From Candidatus Heimdallarchaeota archaeon (lineage in GTDB: Archaea > Asgardarchaeota > Heimdallarchaeia > Heimdallarchaeales > Kariarchaeaceae): a stretch of 32,000 bases of DNA. The notes beneath the pieces were generated by a model. It did not search any database. It was not told where the DNA came from and saw only the letters and a list, made by a program, of their open reading frames with translations. Below, piece by piece: positions 1 through 9,625 of the stretch. The stretch's first letter is position 1. The number at the start of each line of letters is the position of its first letter. Position numbers and translations under genes: made by a program. The stretch covers positions 570,001-602,000 of the forward strand of contig JASBSB010000001.1 in the NCBI GenBank assembly GCA_030149205.1, written 5' to 3'.

Positions 1-24
1 TCATTGAAATATTAGTATAATTAA

Positions 25-1143
25 ATGAATATCAAACTCGAACAACAGATGATAAAATTACCATTGGTTCATCCATTTGAAACCAGCTTTGGAATACAAA
101 AAGACAAATATGCAGTTATCATCAAATTGACAGATGATGAGGGGAATGTGGGGTGGGGCGAAACAATTGCAGATGAATATCCAGGTTATTCTTATGAAAC
201 AAAAGAGACTGTTTGGTTAATTCAGAGAGATTTTTTGATCCCCCAATTTCTCACAAAGTTTGATCATGATTTTCCTGAAATTGCTGATGTGTATTCTGCC
301 TTCCAACATGTGAGGGGACATAATTTCGCAAAAACTGGATTGGAGGCTGCATATTGGTCGCTTAGAGCAGATAGAGAGAGAAAAAGTTTAGGGCAGTATT
401 ACGGGAGCACAAAGAATGAGATCCCTACAGGAGTGTCAATAGGAATTCAAGAGTCAATAAAGGAATTGATCTCACGAATTGAATTTTTTGTTGATCAGGG
501 ATACAAAAGGATAAAAATGAAAATCAAACCTGGATGGGATATAACGGTTGTAAAAGAGGTGAGAGATGTTTACCCAGATATTCCCATCATGGTTGATGCA
601 AATTCAGCGTATTCCTTGAAAGATAAGGATAAGACAATAATGAGGTCACTCGACAGGTTTGACCTTATGATGATTGAACAACCTTTGGCTTTTGATGATA
701 TGTTAGACCATAAGCTGCTACAATCAGAAATTGAAACACCTATTTGCTTGGACGAATCTATTCATTCTGTAAATCACGCTATCCAAGCAATAAATTATGA
801 TTGTGCAAGAATTATCAATATTAAACCAGCTCGAGTGGGCGGATATTCCAAAGCAATTGAAATCGCAGAAAATCTAGGTTCAGGAAAAGTTTGGCTTGGA
901 GGAATGTTAGAAACTGGAATAGGTCGCATGCATAACTTATTTGTTCAAGCAAGGGATGAATATTCTATTCCTGGAGACACATCTGGGTCTAACAGATACT
1001 TTGAACGTGATATAATCAATCCTCAGGTTACTGTTAACAAGAATGGAACAATTTCATTACCAAAAGGTAAAAATCTTGGAGTCGAGGTTGATGAAGAATT
1101 CATAAAGCAAAAGCAAACAAGATATGCTGAGTACAGAAGGTAA
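25..1143 (+). CDS. menC: o-succinylbenzoate synthase / N-succinylamino acid racemase (NSAR/OSBS subfamily, enolase superfamily)
   Basis: KMKIKPGWD (catalytic KxK), metal ligands in DANSAY, EQP and DES, second Lys in NIKPARVGG, GGMLETGIG, PGDTSGS; N-terminal LPLVHPFETSFG capping loop. Confidence 0.9.
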   Translation: MNIKLEQQMIKLPLVHPFETSFGIQKDKYAVIIKLTDDEGNVGWGETIADEYPGYSYETKETVWLIQRDFLIPQFLTKFDHDFPEIADVYSAFQHVRGHNFAKTGLEAAYWSLRADRERKSLGQYYGSTKNEIPTGVSIGIQESIKELISRIEFFVDQGYKRIKMKIKPGWDITVVKEVRDVYPDIPIMVDANSAYSLKDKDKTIMRSLDRFDLMMIEQPLAFDDMLDHKLLQSEIETPICLDESIHSVNHAIQAINYDCARIINIKPARVGGYSKAIEIAENLGSGKVWLGGMLETGIGRMHNLFVQARDEYSIPGDTSGSNRYFERDIINPQVTVNKNGTISLPKGKNLGVEVDEEFIKQKQTRYAEYRR

Positions 1144-1163
1144 AGTTTGTTCACAATCTTAAT

Positions 1164-1790
1164 TTACAATGAAAGTTGGTTTAGGAGGTATCTATCGATG
1201 TCAGGTACGATATGGTGGTCAGCACATCGAGGTTCATAGGTTATCTCCTCTGAGCTTCCTTCAATAATTATAGTTGGGCTTAAAGCACTGTCAGGTAATC
1301 CATTTCTAAGCCTCTGAGGGAGCACTCCATCATTATGACAACCACTTATGTTGCAAACACTAAAAACTGACTTTATAGGGGTGTCACTCAGTGCCATAAT
1401 TTGCGGCATAATTCCAAAGGGTTGTCCTCTGAAGTCGGTGTGTAACCCACTTAAAACGATATTATGACCTTTGAACTTTAACAGTTGGACTGCATAAATC
1501 AAACTCTCATCACAAAATTGAACTTCATCAATTAGAATAAGACTTGGGACCCCATTTACAAAATTCAATAATTCACGACCGTTTGAAAACAATGATGCTC
1601 TACGTTCCATTCCATCACGACTTTTGATAAATTCGTCATCTCGTGTATCAACAGTTGGTTTGAAGTATAACACCTTAACATCCCCAAACTCCTCAGCTCT
1701 CATACCTCTATACAGCAGTTCCCTACTTTTCCCTGAAAACATTGTACCAACGATACATTCAATATATCCGGGGTTGAATGTACTGTTCAT
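1164..1790 (-). CDS. tdk: Thymidine kinase (type II/TK1-like)
   Basis: GTMFSGKS P-loop, FKPTVDTR, LIDEVQF, GLHTDFRGQPFG, Zn lasso CxxxxC...YEPRCADH. ORF track starts at TTG 1853; ATG 1790 (MNSTF) fits family length better (1817 also possible). Confidence 0.9.
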   Translation of the reverse strand: MNSTFNPGYIECIVGTMFSGKSRELLYRGMRAEEFGDVKVLYFKPTVDTRDDEFIKSRDGMERRASLFSNGRELLNFVNGVPSLILIDEVQFCDESLIYAVQLLKFKGHNIVLSGLHTDFRGQPFGIMPQIMALSDTPIKSVFSVCNISGCHNDGVLPQRLRNGLPDSALSPTIIIEGSSEEITYEPRCADHHIVPDIDRYLLNQLSL

Positions 1791-2070
1791 TCTATAAATT
1801 TGATTTTCTTTTAACATTAGATAGCCACGTTTTCCTTGTTCGAACAAAACCAAATGGAGAGTTCAAAAATATAAGTATATTTGTTATTTAGGGTCATTTA
1901 AATATGGCAAGGACAAAAATATTTAGGTTCCATGTTTCTTTTGCTTAATTATTTCAAAATATTGGGAAGGAGACGATGAAAGTCTAGAATTAATTATTAG
2001 AAGCACTAGCGCCAGCATTGACTGATCAACTAATAAAAACAAGAAACAATTTCATAAAGATTGACTTAAT

Positions 2071-3144
2071 TTAATTTGGTATTTCTGCAATTTGGTCAGA
2101 AGATCTTTTCATTGAGATTCTTTTTAACAATAATTTTATTCCATAAATCAATAGAAATATGAAAGTGAAGAGAAAGGCCAACCCATAAAGAATTACAGGG
2201 ATACGAATAATTTCGTTTAAATCGAACCAATTTTTACCTGGGACAAGAATACCAGAATAAACCAGTGCGAGTGAGGTCAATGTGATTATCCAAAGTATGA
2301 CCCTCGTTCTTCTTTTGTACCCAAATGCGTAAACTTGTGTGATTAGAAACATTAAAAGAAACCCATAAAAAAACATCGTCCAAAGACTTGAACTCTGCAC
2401 TGCATAGGCTACAATAGTTCCGTGTATCAAAACTAAGACCTCCTGAAGAACCATCCAATATTTGTTAGTGTGAATTCGAGTATAGAAGAGGCTCCCCTGT
2501 AACATCAGCAGAAAAGTATAGAAAAATCCCCAAAGATGACCAATGGTGTATGTCATCGGATGATAATGAAATGTGAATATCACTGCCCAAGCAAAGTAAT
2601 ATCCATGATATTTCCTCAAGAACTTTGTGAATTCTTTCTTTATAGGTGCTCTTTTGCCGAAGAACATCCCTCGTCTATTGTTCTCCATAATCAAGACAAA
2701 AACAAGTAAGACTATAACAGAGCCCTGAGAGCTCAAAATTGATACATCTTGAGCCAGCCCATCGTAAGTGGTGTAAGTAACAATATAATGAATAAATATA
2801 AAAATAGCATTTGCTCCAAGAGCTAATACATTAACTAGATGCAAACTTGTTGTATATTTTTTAACTCTGGTTTGTGCATAGTATATTAATCCCCAAATAG
2901 TCACCTGATGAAGAATATAAGTCGACCAAGCAACAAATCGGGTCCAAAAGGTTGGATCAGCAAGTTTCCAAAAGTACCATAGAGCCCCTTGATCTGGTAA
3001 GAATGTTGATTCTTTTGGAATTAGGAGTGGACCCGTCAACCAAATTAATCCGGTGAATAAGACACTAAAGGCTATACCAAGAAAAAGAGCAATAATATCC
3101 TTTCTTTCAAGGGAGTTATTGCTTCCTGCCGATGTGGAGGCCAT
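2071..3144 (-). CDS. Conserved-looking polytopic membrane protein, His/Trp-rich, function unknown
   Basis: About 10 hydrophobic segments; LPDQGALWYFWKL, YHGYYFAWA, FHYHP motifs. Start moved from 3207 to ATG 3144 because TTTATATT lies 25-32 nt upstream. Confidence 0.75.
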   Translation of the reverse strand: MASTSAGSNNSLERKDIIALFLGIAFSVLFTGLIWLTGPLLIPKESTFLPDQGALWYFWKLADPTFWTRFVAWSTYILHQVTIWGLIYYAQTRVKKYTTSLHLVNVLALGANAIFIFIHYIVTYTTYDGLAQDVSILSSQGSVIVLLVFVLIMENNRRGMFFGKRAPIKKEFTKFLRKYHGYYFAWAVIFTFHYHPMTYTIGHLWGFFYTFLLMLQGSLFYTRIHTNKYWMVLQEVLVLIHGTIVAYAVQSSSLWTMFFYGFLLMFLITQVYAFGYKRRTRVILWIITLTSLALVYSGILVPGKNWFDLNEIIRIPVILYGLAFLFTFIFLLIYGIKLLLKRISMKRSSDQIAEIPN

Positions 3145-3168
3145 TATGTTTGTATCAGAATCTTTTGC

Positions 3169-3176
3169 AATATAAA
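3169..3176 (-). promoter_or_regulatory. TATA box, probable leaderless promoter of the membrane protein gene
   Basis: TTTATATT on minus strand 25-32 nt before ATG 3144; identical octamer precedes the ACAD gene. Confidence 0.55.
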
Positions 3177-3380
3177 CAATTACTTCATGACATAATAAAG
3201 ATTTCATGACAATGAGACTTTATCACTTTCTTTTTTTTCAGGATAGATACTTAGGCTTACCTAAAATATATTCATACAAAAACTGATTAAATTTCAAAAT
3301 TTGCGTGTTGGGTTACCCGATGGAAAATCAAAAGAAAGATTACATCTTTGCCTTAAAAGAGTAGTAATGATTGTTTTTGA

Positions 3381-5027
3381 TTATGAGGCAGAGACTAAAA
3401 TTCTCCTTTTCTGACTCGTTAATCTGTGAAATTCAGGAGATGGTGTTATCCAGAATTGAAGGTACTCCTCAATATCTTCAAGTTCAGATAAATCATCTTT
3501 ATTTTCAAACAACAAACTAAGAATTGAGAATCTTGCAATCTCAAATGATAGGTTTCTGGCATTTTTTTGCATGAATTTAGAACTCGTTTGAAGATAGGAT
3601 TTAAGCGCAGCCTCTATTTCCATAAATTGTGAGATTACATCTTGATCATGTGAATTTAAAATGTTGGGTTTTACAGTATCAATCCAGAAATTCAAATTTC
3701 CTTCCTTCCTAAACACCCTCAATAAATCCAAAGATAGAACATTTGTTGTCCCTTCCCAGATGGTAAATACCTGAGCATCTCTTAGCAACTTAGGAAACCC
3801 AGCGTCTTCAAGGTAACCTATACCCCCTATTGCTTCGATCATTTCACTAATGTATGCAAATGATTTCTTTGCAGTATACAGTTTAGTAACTGGTGTTAAT
3901 AACCTAAGAAGTTTTTCTTCTTGGTCTGAAGCCACCCCAGTTTCAGTCTTTCCAAGTAATGAGACAGTCCACATTGTTAAAATCAAATTCCCTAAGTATG
4001 CACTTTTTGTCTCTGTGAGGATTTCTGAATGAAGTGGTAAGTCTTTTAGCAAGGAACCAAAGGCCTTTCTTTTACTGCTATAATCTTCTGCGTAAGACAG
4101 AGCACGCTGTAAATATGAAACTGCGGATATTGCATTATAAACCCTGGTTATATTAAGCATGGTTGCAATCTGTTTCACTCCTCGACCTCTCTCACCAATT
4201 AACTTTGAAGGAACACCGTTTAATGTCAACTCAGCTGTCGGTAATGCACGAGTACCCAGTTTATCTTTTAATTTATCTATGGTCAGGTTATTAGGTTCCC
4301 CATCATCATTATAAATTTCCAAGACAAACAAACTTACTTTGTCATCGATGTTATGACCTTCCTTGATCTTGGCAAGGGTCATTGCAGTATCTTCTGTTAT
4401 CCCTGATGTAAACCACTTAGGACCGGTTAACCTCCAGGTCTCTCCATCGAACTCTGCGATTGTTTCAGTTTCACTGACATCAGATCCCCCAGTTTTTTCA
4501 GTCATCCATTGGCCAGACCCATAAAATTCAGTGGGATCTGTACTAATGTATCTTTGAAAGTAAGTATTTCTGAGGGAGTTATCACCGTATACTTCTAACA
4601 ACCTTGCTGCACCATCAGTCATTGCTAAAGGGCATGTGTAGATCGCAGATGAGGGGGTAAACAAGAAAAGTTTTACAAATTGGTAGATCCTTGAATATTC
4701 ACCAAATTCCCTTTGGTATCCATCTGACACCAAGGCATTTTTACTTGAAAAATCCTTTAATTTATACCATGCTGACGGTACTTGAACCCTGTCAATTCTT
4801 CTACCCCATGCATCATAGTTAATTAATACAGGTTCTGTTGTTTCTGCTTCATTGCCAAGAGGTTCAACCTCAAGCAATATTTTCTCTCCAAACTGTTGAA
4901 AAACTTTAAACCAGCTCTGATGATATTTATTTGGAACGAACAGCTTAATTACCTGTTGTAACACAACATCATTATCGAAGGGGTTCAAGAGCATTGGAGG
5001 TTGTTGAACGAAATAATCTTTAGTCAT
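3381..5027 (-). CDS. AidB-like acyl-CoA dehydrogenase
   Basis: CPLAMTDGAA, SGQWMTEKTGGSDV, GPKWFTS, KLKDKLGTRALPTAE, E(AI)GGIGY, IWEGTTNV with catalytic Glu. Confidence 0.9.
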   Translation of the reverse strand: MTKDYFVQQPPMLLNPFDNDVVLQQVIKLFVPNKYHQSWFKVFQQFGEKILLEVEPLGNEAETTEPVLINYDAWGRRIDRVQVPSAWYKLKDFSSKNALVSDGYQREFGEYSRIYQFVKLFLFTPSSAIYTCPLAMTDGAARLLEVYGDNSLRNTYFQRYISTDPTEFYGSGQWMTEKTGGSDVSETETIAEFDGETWRLTGPKWFTSGITEDTAMTLAKIKEGHNIDDKVSLFVLEIYNDDGEPNNLTIDKLKDKLGTRALPTAELTLNGVPSKLIGERGRGVKQIATMLNITRVYNAISAVSYLQRALSYAEDYSSKRKAFGSLLKDLPLHSEILTETKSAYLGNLILTMWTVSLLGKTETGVASDQEEKLLRLLTPVTKLYTAKKSFAYISEMIEAIGGIGYLEDAGFPKLLRDAQVFTIWEGTTNVLSLDLLRVFRKEGNLNFWIDTVKPNILNSHDQDVISQFMEIEAALKSYLQTSSKFMQKNARNLSFEIARFSILSLLFENKDDLSELEDIEEYLQFWITPSPEFHRLTSQKRRILVSAS

Positions 5028-5048
5028 AGCTTAGTCTAGTCCCATTTA

Positions 5049-5056
5049 AATATAAA
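5049..5056 (-). promoter_or_regulatory. TATA box of the acyl-CoA dehydrogenase gene
   Basis: TTTATATT on minus strand 22-29 nt before ATG 5027. Confidence 0.55.
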
Positions 5057-5074
5057 TTTACACATCTCCCAATA

Positions 5075-5103
5075 AAAAATTGATCGAGGAAAGATCAATT
5101 TTT
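5075..5103. promoter_or_regulatory. Perfect 11-bp inverted repeat, candidate operator
   Basis: AAAAATTGATC-N7-GATCAATTTTT between divergent starts 5027 (-) and 5152 (+). Confidence 0.55.
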
Positions 5104-5151
5104 AGTAGATCAGGTGACAAAGCTAAAGAGTTTGCTTTTTGAAATTTAATA

Positions 5152-6108
5152 ATGAATGCTCTGGATCAAAGGTTGTTCAAGAATATGATTGATTATGCTG
5201 GAACCTTTCCTCCTGCTAATTTATCAATAGAAGATGCAATTGAAGAGTACTTCAAGGAGCGAAGTGAAAATGGATCATGGATCATCAAAACTTTAATTCT
5301 ACCCTGGACAAAGATATCCGAGTTTGATAAGCAAATTAAGAAAAGGAACAGTGAAAATTTAATTATTCGAATTTCTGTATTATTAGTCAGCGAAGACACT
5401 CAGAAAGAGTTTTTGAAAAAAGTAGAAGAACAGATTAGAGAATTAAGAAAATTCCTGAACAGTAATGATGAGTACCAACTAGTGTCCTTAGAGATTAAGT
5501 TGCCAAAATTAGACTATATTCATGGTAAAATTAACCCAAATACGATTCAAGTTCTTTCTGAATTATTGGAAGTTCATAATATGAACAATGTTATTATGTA
5601 TCTAGAGGGTTACTTGATCAAGGGGTGGGAGTCGATTTTAGATCCAATATTTAATTATCTTCAACAATCCAATGCGGTTCATGAAACTATTATGGGTTAT
5701 AAAATTCGAACAGGAAGTATCAAACCAGAAGAAATACCGGACATTTCAACCTTAGTAAATCTACTGAAAATGCTCACCACTCATGATATTCCATTCAAAG
5801 CAACTGCAGGACTTCATAGTCCTCTCAGAACTAATAACAGAGCTCTTGATGTATTCAATCATGGTTTCTTCAATATTTTGATGGTGAGTTCAATCTTAAA
5901 AGCTAACCTTACAAACGATATTAAAGTACTTTCAGAAATTCTAGAAATTTCTCAATGGGAAGCCTTTCATTTTTCAGAAAAATATATTGAGGTTAGAGGA
6001 TTTAATATTTCAAAAAAAGATCTATTAGAAGTTAGAGAGAATCAATTCTTGTCATTTGGTTCATGTAGCTTAAGAGAACCTTTGGATGACCTTCAAAGAG
6101 AGTTTTGA
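5152..6108 (+). CDS. Uncharacterised protein of a family I recall next to hmgA/fahA in bacteria
   Basis: IDYAGTFPPA, YKIRTG, FKATAGLHSPLR, HGFFNI, SFGSCSLREP motifs; converges on fahA with a 12-nt gap. Confidence 0.7.
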   Translation: MNALDQRLFKNMIDYAGTFPPANLSIEDAIEEYFKERSENGSWIIKTLILPWTKISEFDKQIKKRNSENLIIRISVLLVSEDTQKEFLKKVEEQIRELRKFLNSNDEYQLVSLEIKLPKLDYIHGKINPNTIQVLSELLEVHNMNNVIMYLEGYLIKGWESILDPIFNYLQQSNAVHETIMGYKIRTGSIKPEEIPDISTLVNLLKMLTTHDIPFKATAGLHSPLRTNNRALDVFNHGFFNILMVSSILKANLTNDIKVLSEILEISQWEAFHFSEKYIEVRGFNISKKDLLEVRENQFLSFGSCSLREPLDDLQREF

Positions 6109-6120
6109 TTATTACACAAT

Positions 6121-7383
6121 CTAATTTTCATCCGGAGGTAAAATTTTTGTTCTCACCTCTCCAAATCCGATTTTTGTAGCCTTGTTTTTTGCATTAGCAC
6201 GCAGTATCACAGTATCTCCATCCTGAAGGGATTTCCGTTCTTCTCCATTTGACAGAGTTATTGGGTCTTTTCCTCTCCATGTCAGTTCAAGAAGGCATGA
6301 ACGGTTAATTGGATTAGGACCACTGATTGTGCCAGTACCACAAATATCACCTGTTCTTAAATTACAACCAGTAATTGTGTGATGTGTAATCATTTGATTT
6401 GGGGTCCAGTATAGATATCGGAAGTTTGAATGAGAAATTTTTTCTTCCTTTGATAACATTTCTGTTTTAAGATAAACTTCAAGATCAATATTGTATAGTC
6501 TTCTCTCCTGTTCCTGAAGATAAGGTAAGGGCTGGGGATCCTGTAAATCGCAAGGAACGGAAAAAGGTTCCAAAGCAAATGTAGTAACTACCCAAGGAGA
6601 AATTGAAGTTGCAAAGTTTTTTGCAGTAAAAGGCCCCAATGGTTTGTATTCCCAACCTTGTATATCTCGGGCAGACCAATCATTTAGGATGACATACCCG
6701 AAAATGTGTTTGTAGGCTTCACCAATTTTAATTGGTTCCCCTAAATTGTTTCCGCTACCAATAACAACACCCATTTCAAACTCGTAATCCAAAAATTTTG
6801 AAGGAGAGAAAAGAGGTAAGTCTACACCTTGAGGTCGTATTTGCCCCTTGGGTCGTTTTATATTCCTGCCTGAGAGGACAACTGAGCTCGCTCTCCCATG
6901 ATAAGCTATTGGGACATGAACCCAATTTTCTTGAAGAGCGTTTTCTGCACCCCGTATTATTGTGCCAACATTAGTGGCATGGTACTTACTCGCATAAAAA
7001 TCAGTAAATTCACCAACTTCAAATGGTAAATGTAAGGTTACCCTACCCATTTCAAAGAACGTTCTGCTAACAATTTCTGAATTCGATAATATGGATGAGG
7101 AAGAGCTTGGATCCAATAAGTTTTGTAACTTGAATCTAAATCTCTTCCAGGTATCATAACCCTTTTCCATAAATTTGTTTAAGCTTCCTCTATCAAAAAT
7201 ATGTGAAGAATCACCAAACATTTTATTAAAATATCCCATGGATTCTAGATATGATAAATCAATGACCTTATCACCAAGTCTCGTACAGACTCGTGGAGTG
7301 AGATCCTTGGTACTGAAAACACCGAAAGGCAAATTCTGAATTGAAAATCCAGAATCTTCATCAACCTTGATTGTTGTCACCAT
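6121..7383 (-). CDS. fahA: Fumarylacetoacetase (long form with N-terminal domain)
   Basis: FSIQNLPFGVFS, FTDFYASKYHATNVG, PIAYHGRASSVV, LDYEFEMG, NDWSARDIQGWEYKPLGPF, GTGTISG. Confidence 0.95.
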   Translation of the reverse strand: MVTTIKVDEDSGFSIQNLPFGVFSTKDLTPRVCTRLGDKVIDLSYLESMGYFNKMFGDSSHIFDRGSLNKFMEKGYDTWKRFRFKLQNLLDPSSSSSILSNSEIVSRTFFEMGRVTLHLPFEVGEFTDFYASKYHATNVGTIIRGAENALQENWVHVPIAYHGRASSVVLSGRNIKRPKGQIRPQGVDLPLFSPSKFLDYEFEMGVVIGSGNNLGEPIKIGEAYKHIFGYVILNDWSARDIQGWEYKPLGPFTAKNFATSISPWVVTTFALEPFSVPCDLQDPQPLPYLQEQERRLYNIDLEVYLKTEMLSKEEKISHSNFRYLYWTPNQMITHHTITGCNLRTGDICGTGTISGPNPINRSCLLELTWRGKDPITLSNGEERKSLQDGDTVILRANAKNKATKIGFGEVRTKILPPDEN

Positions 7384-7421
7384 TATTTGTGATATGAGGG
7401 TAAGATAATATTACTTTCTAT

Positions 7422-7429
7422 GATATAAA
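7422..7429 (-). promoter_or_regulatory. TATA box of fahA
   Basis: TTTATATC on minus strand 39-46 nt before ATG 7383. Confidence 0.45.
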
Positions 7430-7454
7430 TGTTAATTTAATGGTTTACTAGTTA

Positions 7455-9494
7455 TTAATCTGCGATTCTATCTGCAACAATCTCAAGTAAATCTAGAACT
7501 TCAAGATTTGATCCTGTATTTTTAATTCCATCTTCAAGCATTGCAGTGCAAAATGGACAGGAAACACCTAAAAATTGGGCACCAGTGTCATTTGCCATTT
7601 CAACTCGACTTCTATTAATTTGTGTACCTCCAACATCCTGCTCAAACCACATTCTACCGCCACCTGCTCCACAGCACATAGCTACATCCTTATTCATTGA
7701 CATCTCAATAAATTCTATCTCTTCAAAATGCTTTAGAATGTCACGTGGAGAAGCAAAAATTCCATTATGTCTGCCCAGATAACAAGAGTCATGGTAGGTG
7801 ATACTCATATCATTTCCCTTTTTCAGAGGAATTTTATTTTCCTGAAGAAGTTTGTTGATATATTCAGTAGCATGATAAACCCTGTATACTCCACCAAAAT
7901 CAGGAAATTCATTTGCTATTGTATTGTAACAATGAGGACAGAACGTAATGATTTCTTTAAACTCATAACTGTTTAACAACTGAACATTCTCGGTGATAAG
8001 TTCCTGAGCCAAGAACTCATTGCCAAGTCTTCTAACTGGGTCTCCAGTGCATTTTTCTTCTTTCCCAAGGATTGCAAAATCGATTCCTGCACTTTTAAGG
8101 ATCTTTACCAAAGAGGTAGATACTTTCTTAGCTCTCGCATCAAACGAACCTGCACAACCGACCCAGAAGAGAACATCTGCATCTGGATTTTCTTTCATTG
8201 TTTGTATTTCCAAGTCTTCTGCCCACAAATCTCGATCTGATTTGGATATACCCCATGGATTTGAATTTCTTTCAACATTAGTAAACATTTTATCCAATCC
8301 AGATGGAAATTCACTTTGCATCATTACCTGTTCTCTTCTCAAATCAATAATTTTATCAATGTGTTCTATAAAAAGTGGACAGGCCGTTTGACAGGCGTTG
8401 CAGGTAGTACAAGCCCAAATAGTCTCTGGGAGGACAACATCACCCGTAAGATGTTTGGGAACAACCTCTCCTCCTTTATAGGTAACTGTAGCAACCTCAA
8501 GAAGAGCTTCCCGAATGTCTAGAATTAAGGACTTGGGCGAAAGAGGCTGACCGTTGATGTAAGCTGGACATACCTCCTGACATCTACCACATCCAGTACA
8601 AGAATACAGATCCATCATCTGCTTCCAGGTGAAATCCTCAACATTTGAAATGCCATATTCCTCAACACTTTCGTCTTCAAAATTTATAGTGTGTAGTCTT
8701 CCAGATGGTTTTAAGTTCCTAAAAAACACATTAAACGGGGCAGATAGGATATGGAAATGTTTGGATGGATAGTATGCCGGTACCCTGATTTGAGTTGCAA
8801 AAATATAGATTGCAAAAAGTAATACTGACAATGCATTGGCAAACCACAGAGTTTCTGTCAAAACATATAGGTTTATTCCTGTCCAAAGAAAGAATTTTGC
8901 GATCTCTATTGAAAATGTTGGCCCTAAACTTCCATCAAAAAGAGTGTGACCTCTGTTTGTAATCCATGGGTGATGACCTGTTGCCAACTCAGCTGCCTCC
9001 AACAAAACAGCGGAGGTTGCATGAATAGCAACTGCAATAAGGATTAGAATTGCATCAAATCGGAGTCGGGGATTCCCCTCCATCCTAACTGATTTACTGT
9101 ACCTTCTCGCAAGGCCTAACACTACAGCCACCATTAACCCGAATATCATCCAATCCTCGAACCAAAGGATAAAATCATATCCTACACCAAGAAAAGAAAG
9201 AGAGAAAGTGGGAAAATACACTCTTATGAATACTTCTGCAGCGACTATGTTGATCATTATAAATGCATAAAAGATAATAAAATGACCTAAGCCTGCAGGA
9301 TGTTTCAAAAGTCGTTTTTGACCAAAAACATAAACAAGCACACTTTTTGTTCGCTCACCAAAATTCCCCCACCTTTCAGGATCTGGAGACGCTCGCTTTA
9401 GTTGTTTGTATAACTCGTATATAGCCTGTATTGTGAAATAAAGGGTTAGTAAAAGAAGGACACTAAACCCAATCATTCTCACTAATTCAACCAT
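7455..9494 (-). CDS. Membrane-bound Fe-S oxidoreductase, FadF/EtfD-like (TM domain, 2x[4Fe-4S], two CCG domains)
   Basis: N-terminal TM helices with His; CTGCGRCQEVCP and CTTCNACQTACP; WVGC, CTGD, FCPHC, HDSCYLGRHN, CCGAGGG, SCPFC. Confidence 0.88.
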   Translation of the reverse strand: MVELVRMIGFSVLLLLTLYFTIQAIYELYKQLKRASPDPERWGNFGERTKSVLVYVFGQKRLLKHPAGLGHFIIFYAFIMINIVAAEVFIRVYFPTFSLSFLGVGYDFILWFEDWMIFGLMVAVVLGLARRYSKSVRMEGNPRLRFDAILILIAVAIHATSAVLLEAAELATGHHPWITNRGHTLFDGSLGPTFSIEIAKFFLWTGINLYVLTETLWFANALSVLLFAIYIFATQIRVPAYYPSKHFHILSAPFNVFFRNLKPSGRLHTINFEDESVEEYGISNVEDFTWKQMMDLYSCTGCGRCQEVCPAYINGQPLSPKSLILDIREALLEVATVTYKGGEVVPKHLTGDVVLPETIWACTTCNACQTACPLFIEHIDKIIDLRREQVMMQSEFPSGLDKMFTNVERNSNPWGISKSDRDLWAEDLEIQTMKENPDADVLFWVGCAGSFDARAKKVSTSLVKILKSAGIDFAILGKEEKCTGDPVRRLGNEFLAQELITENVQLLNSYEFKEIITFCPHCYNTIANEFPDFGGVYRVYHATEYINKLLQENKIPLKKGNDMSITYHDSCYLGRHNGIFASPRDILKHFEEIEFIEMSMNKDVAMCCGAGGGRMWFEQDVGGTQINRSRVEMANDTGAQFLGVSCPFCTAMLEDGIKNTGSNLEVLDLLEIVADRIAD

Positions 9495-9625
9495 ACCACA
9501 GAATTTTATTTCAGTTCTAAACCTTTGCGGATTACTAGTGATTTAGGGGGATTTTTACGGTGATTTAGAAGCTATATTTAGTATAACAATTGTCTAGTAT
9601 AATCGGTATTGAACAAGATATTGAT

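Noticed and set aside
1945-2074. Protein-like frameshifted stretch on + (YWEGDDESLEL / LLEALAPALTDQLIK)
   Set aside because: No start codon, too short and no recognisable homolog; cannot be supported as a pseudogene
3240-3360. Short inverted repeats (TTAGG-N4-CCTAA, AAAGAT-N3-ATCTTT) and a 14-codon ORF
   Set aside because: Too short to distinguish from chance in AT-rich DNA
7378-7394. Thermococcales TrmB TGM-like site (TATCAC-N5-GTGATA) at fahA
   Set aside because: Only one half-site matches
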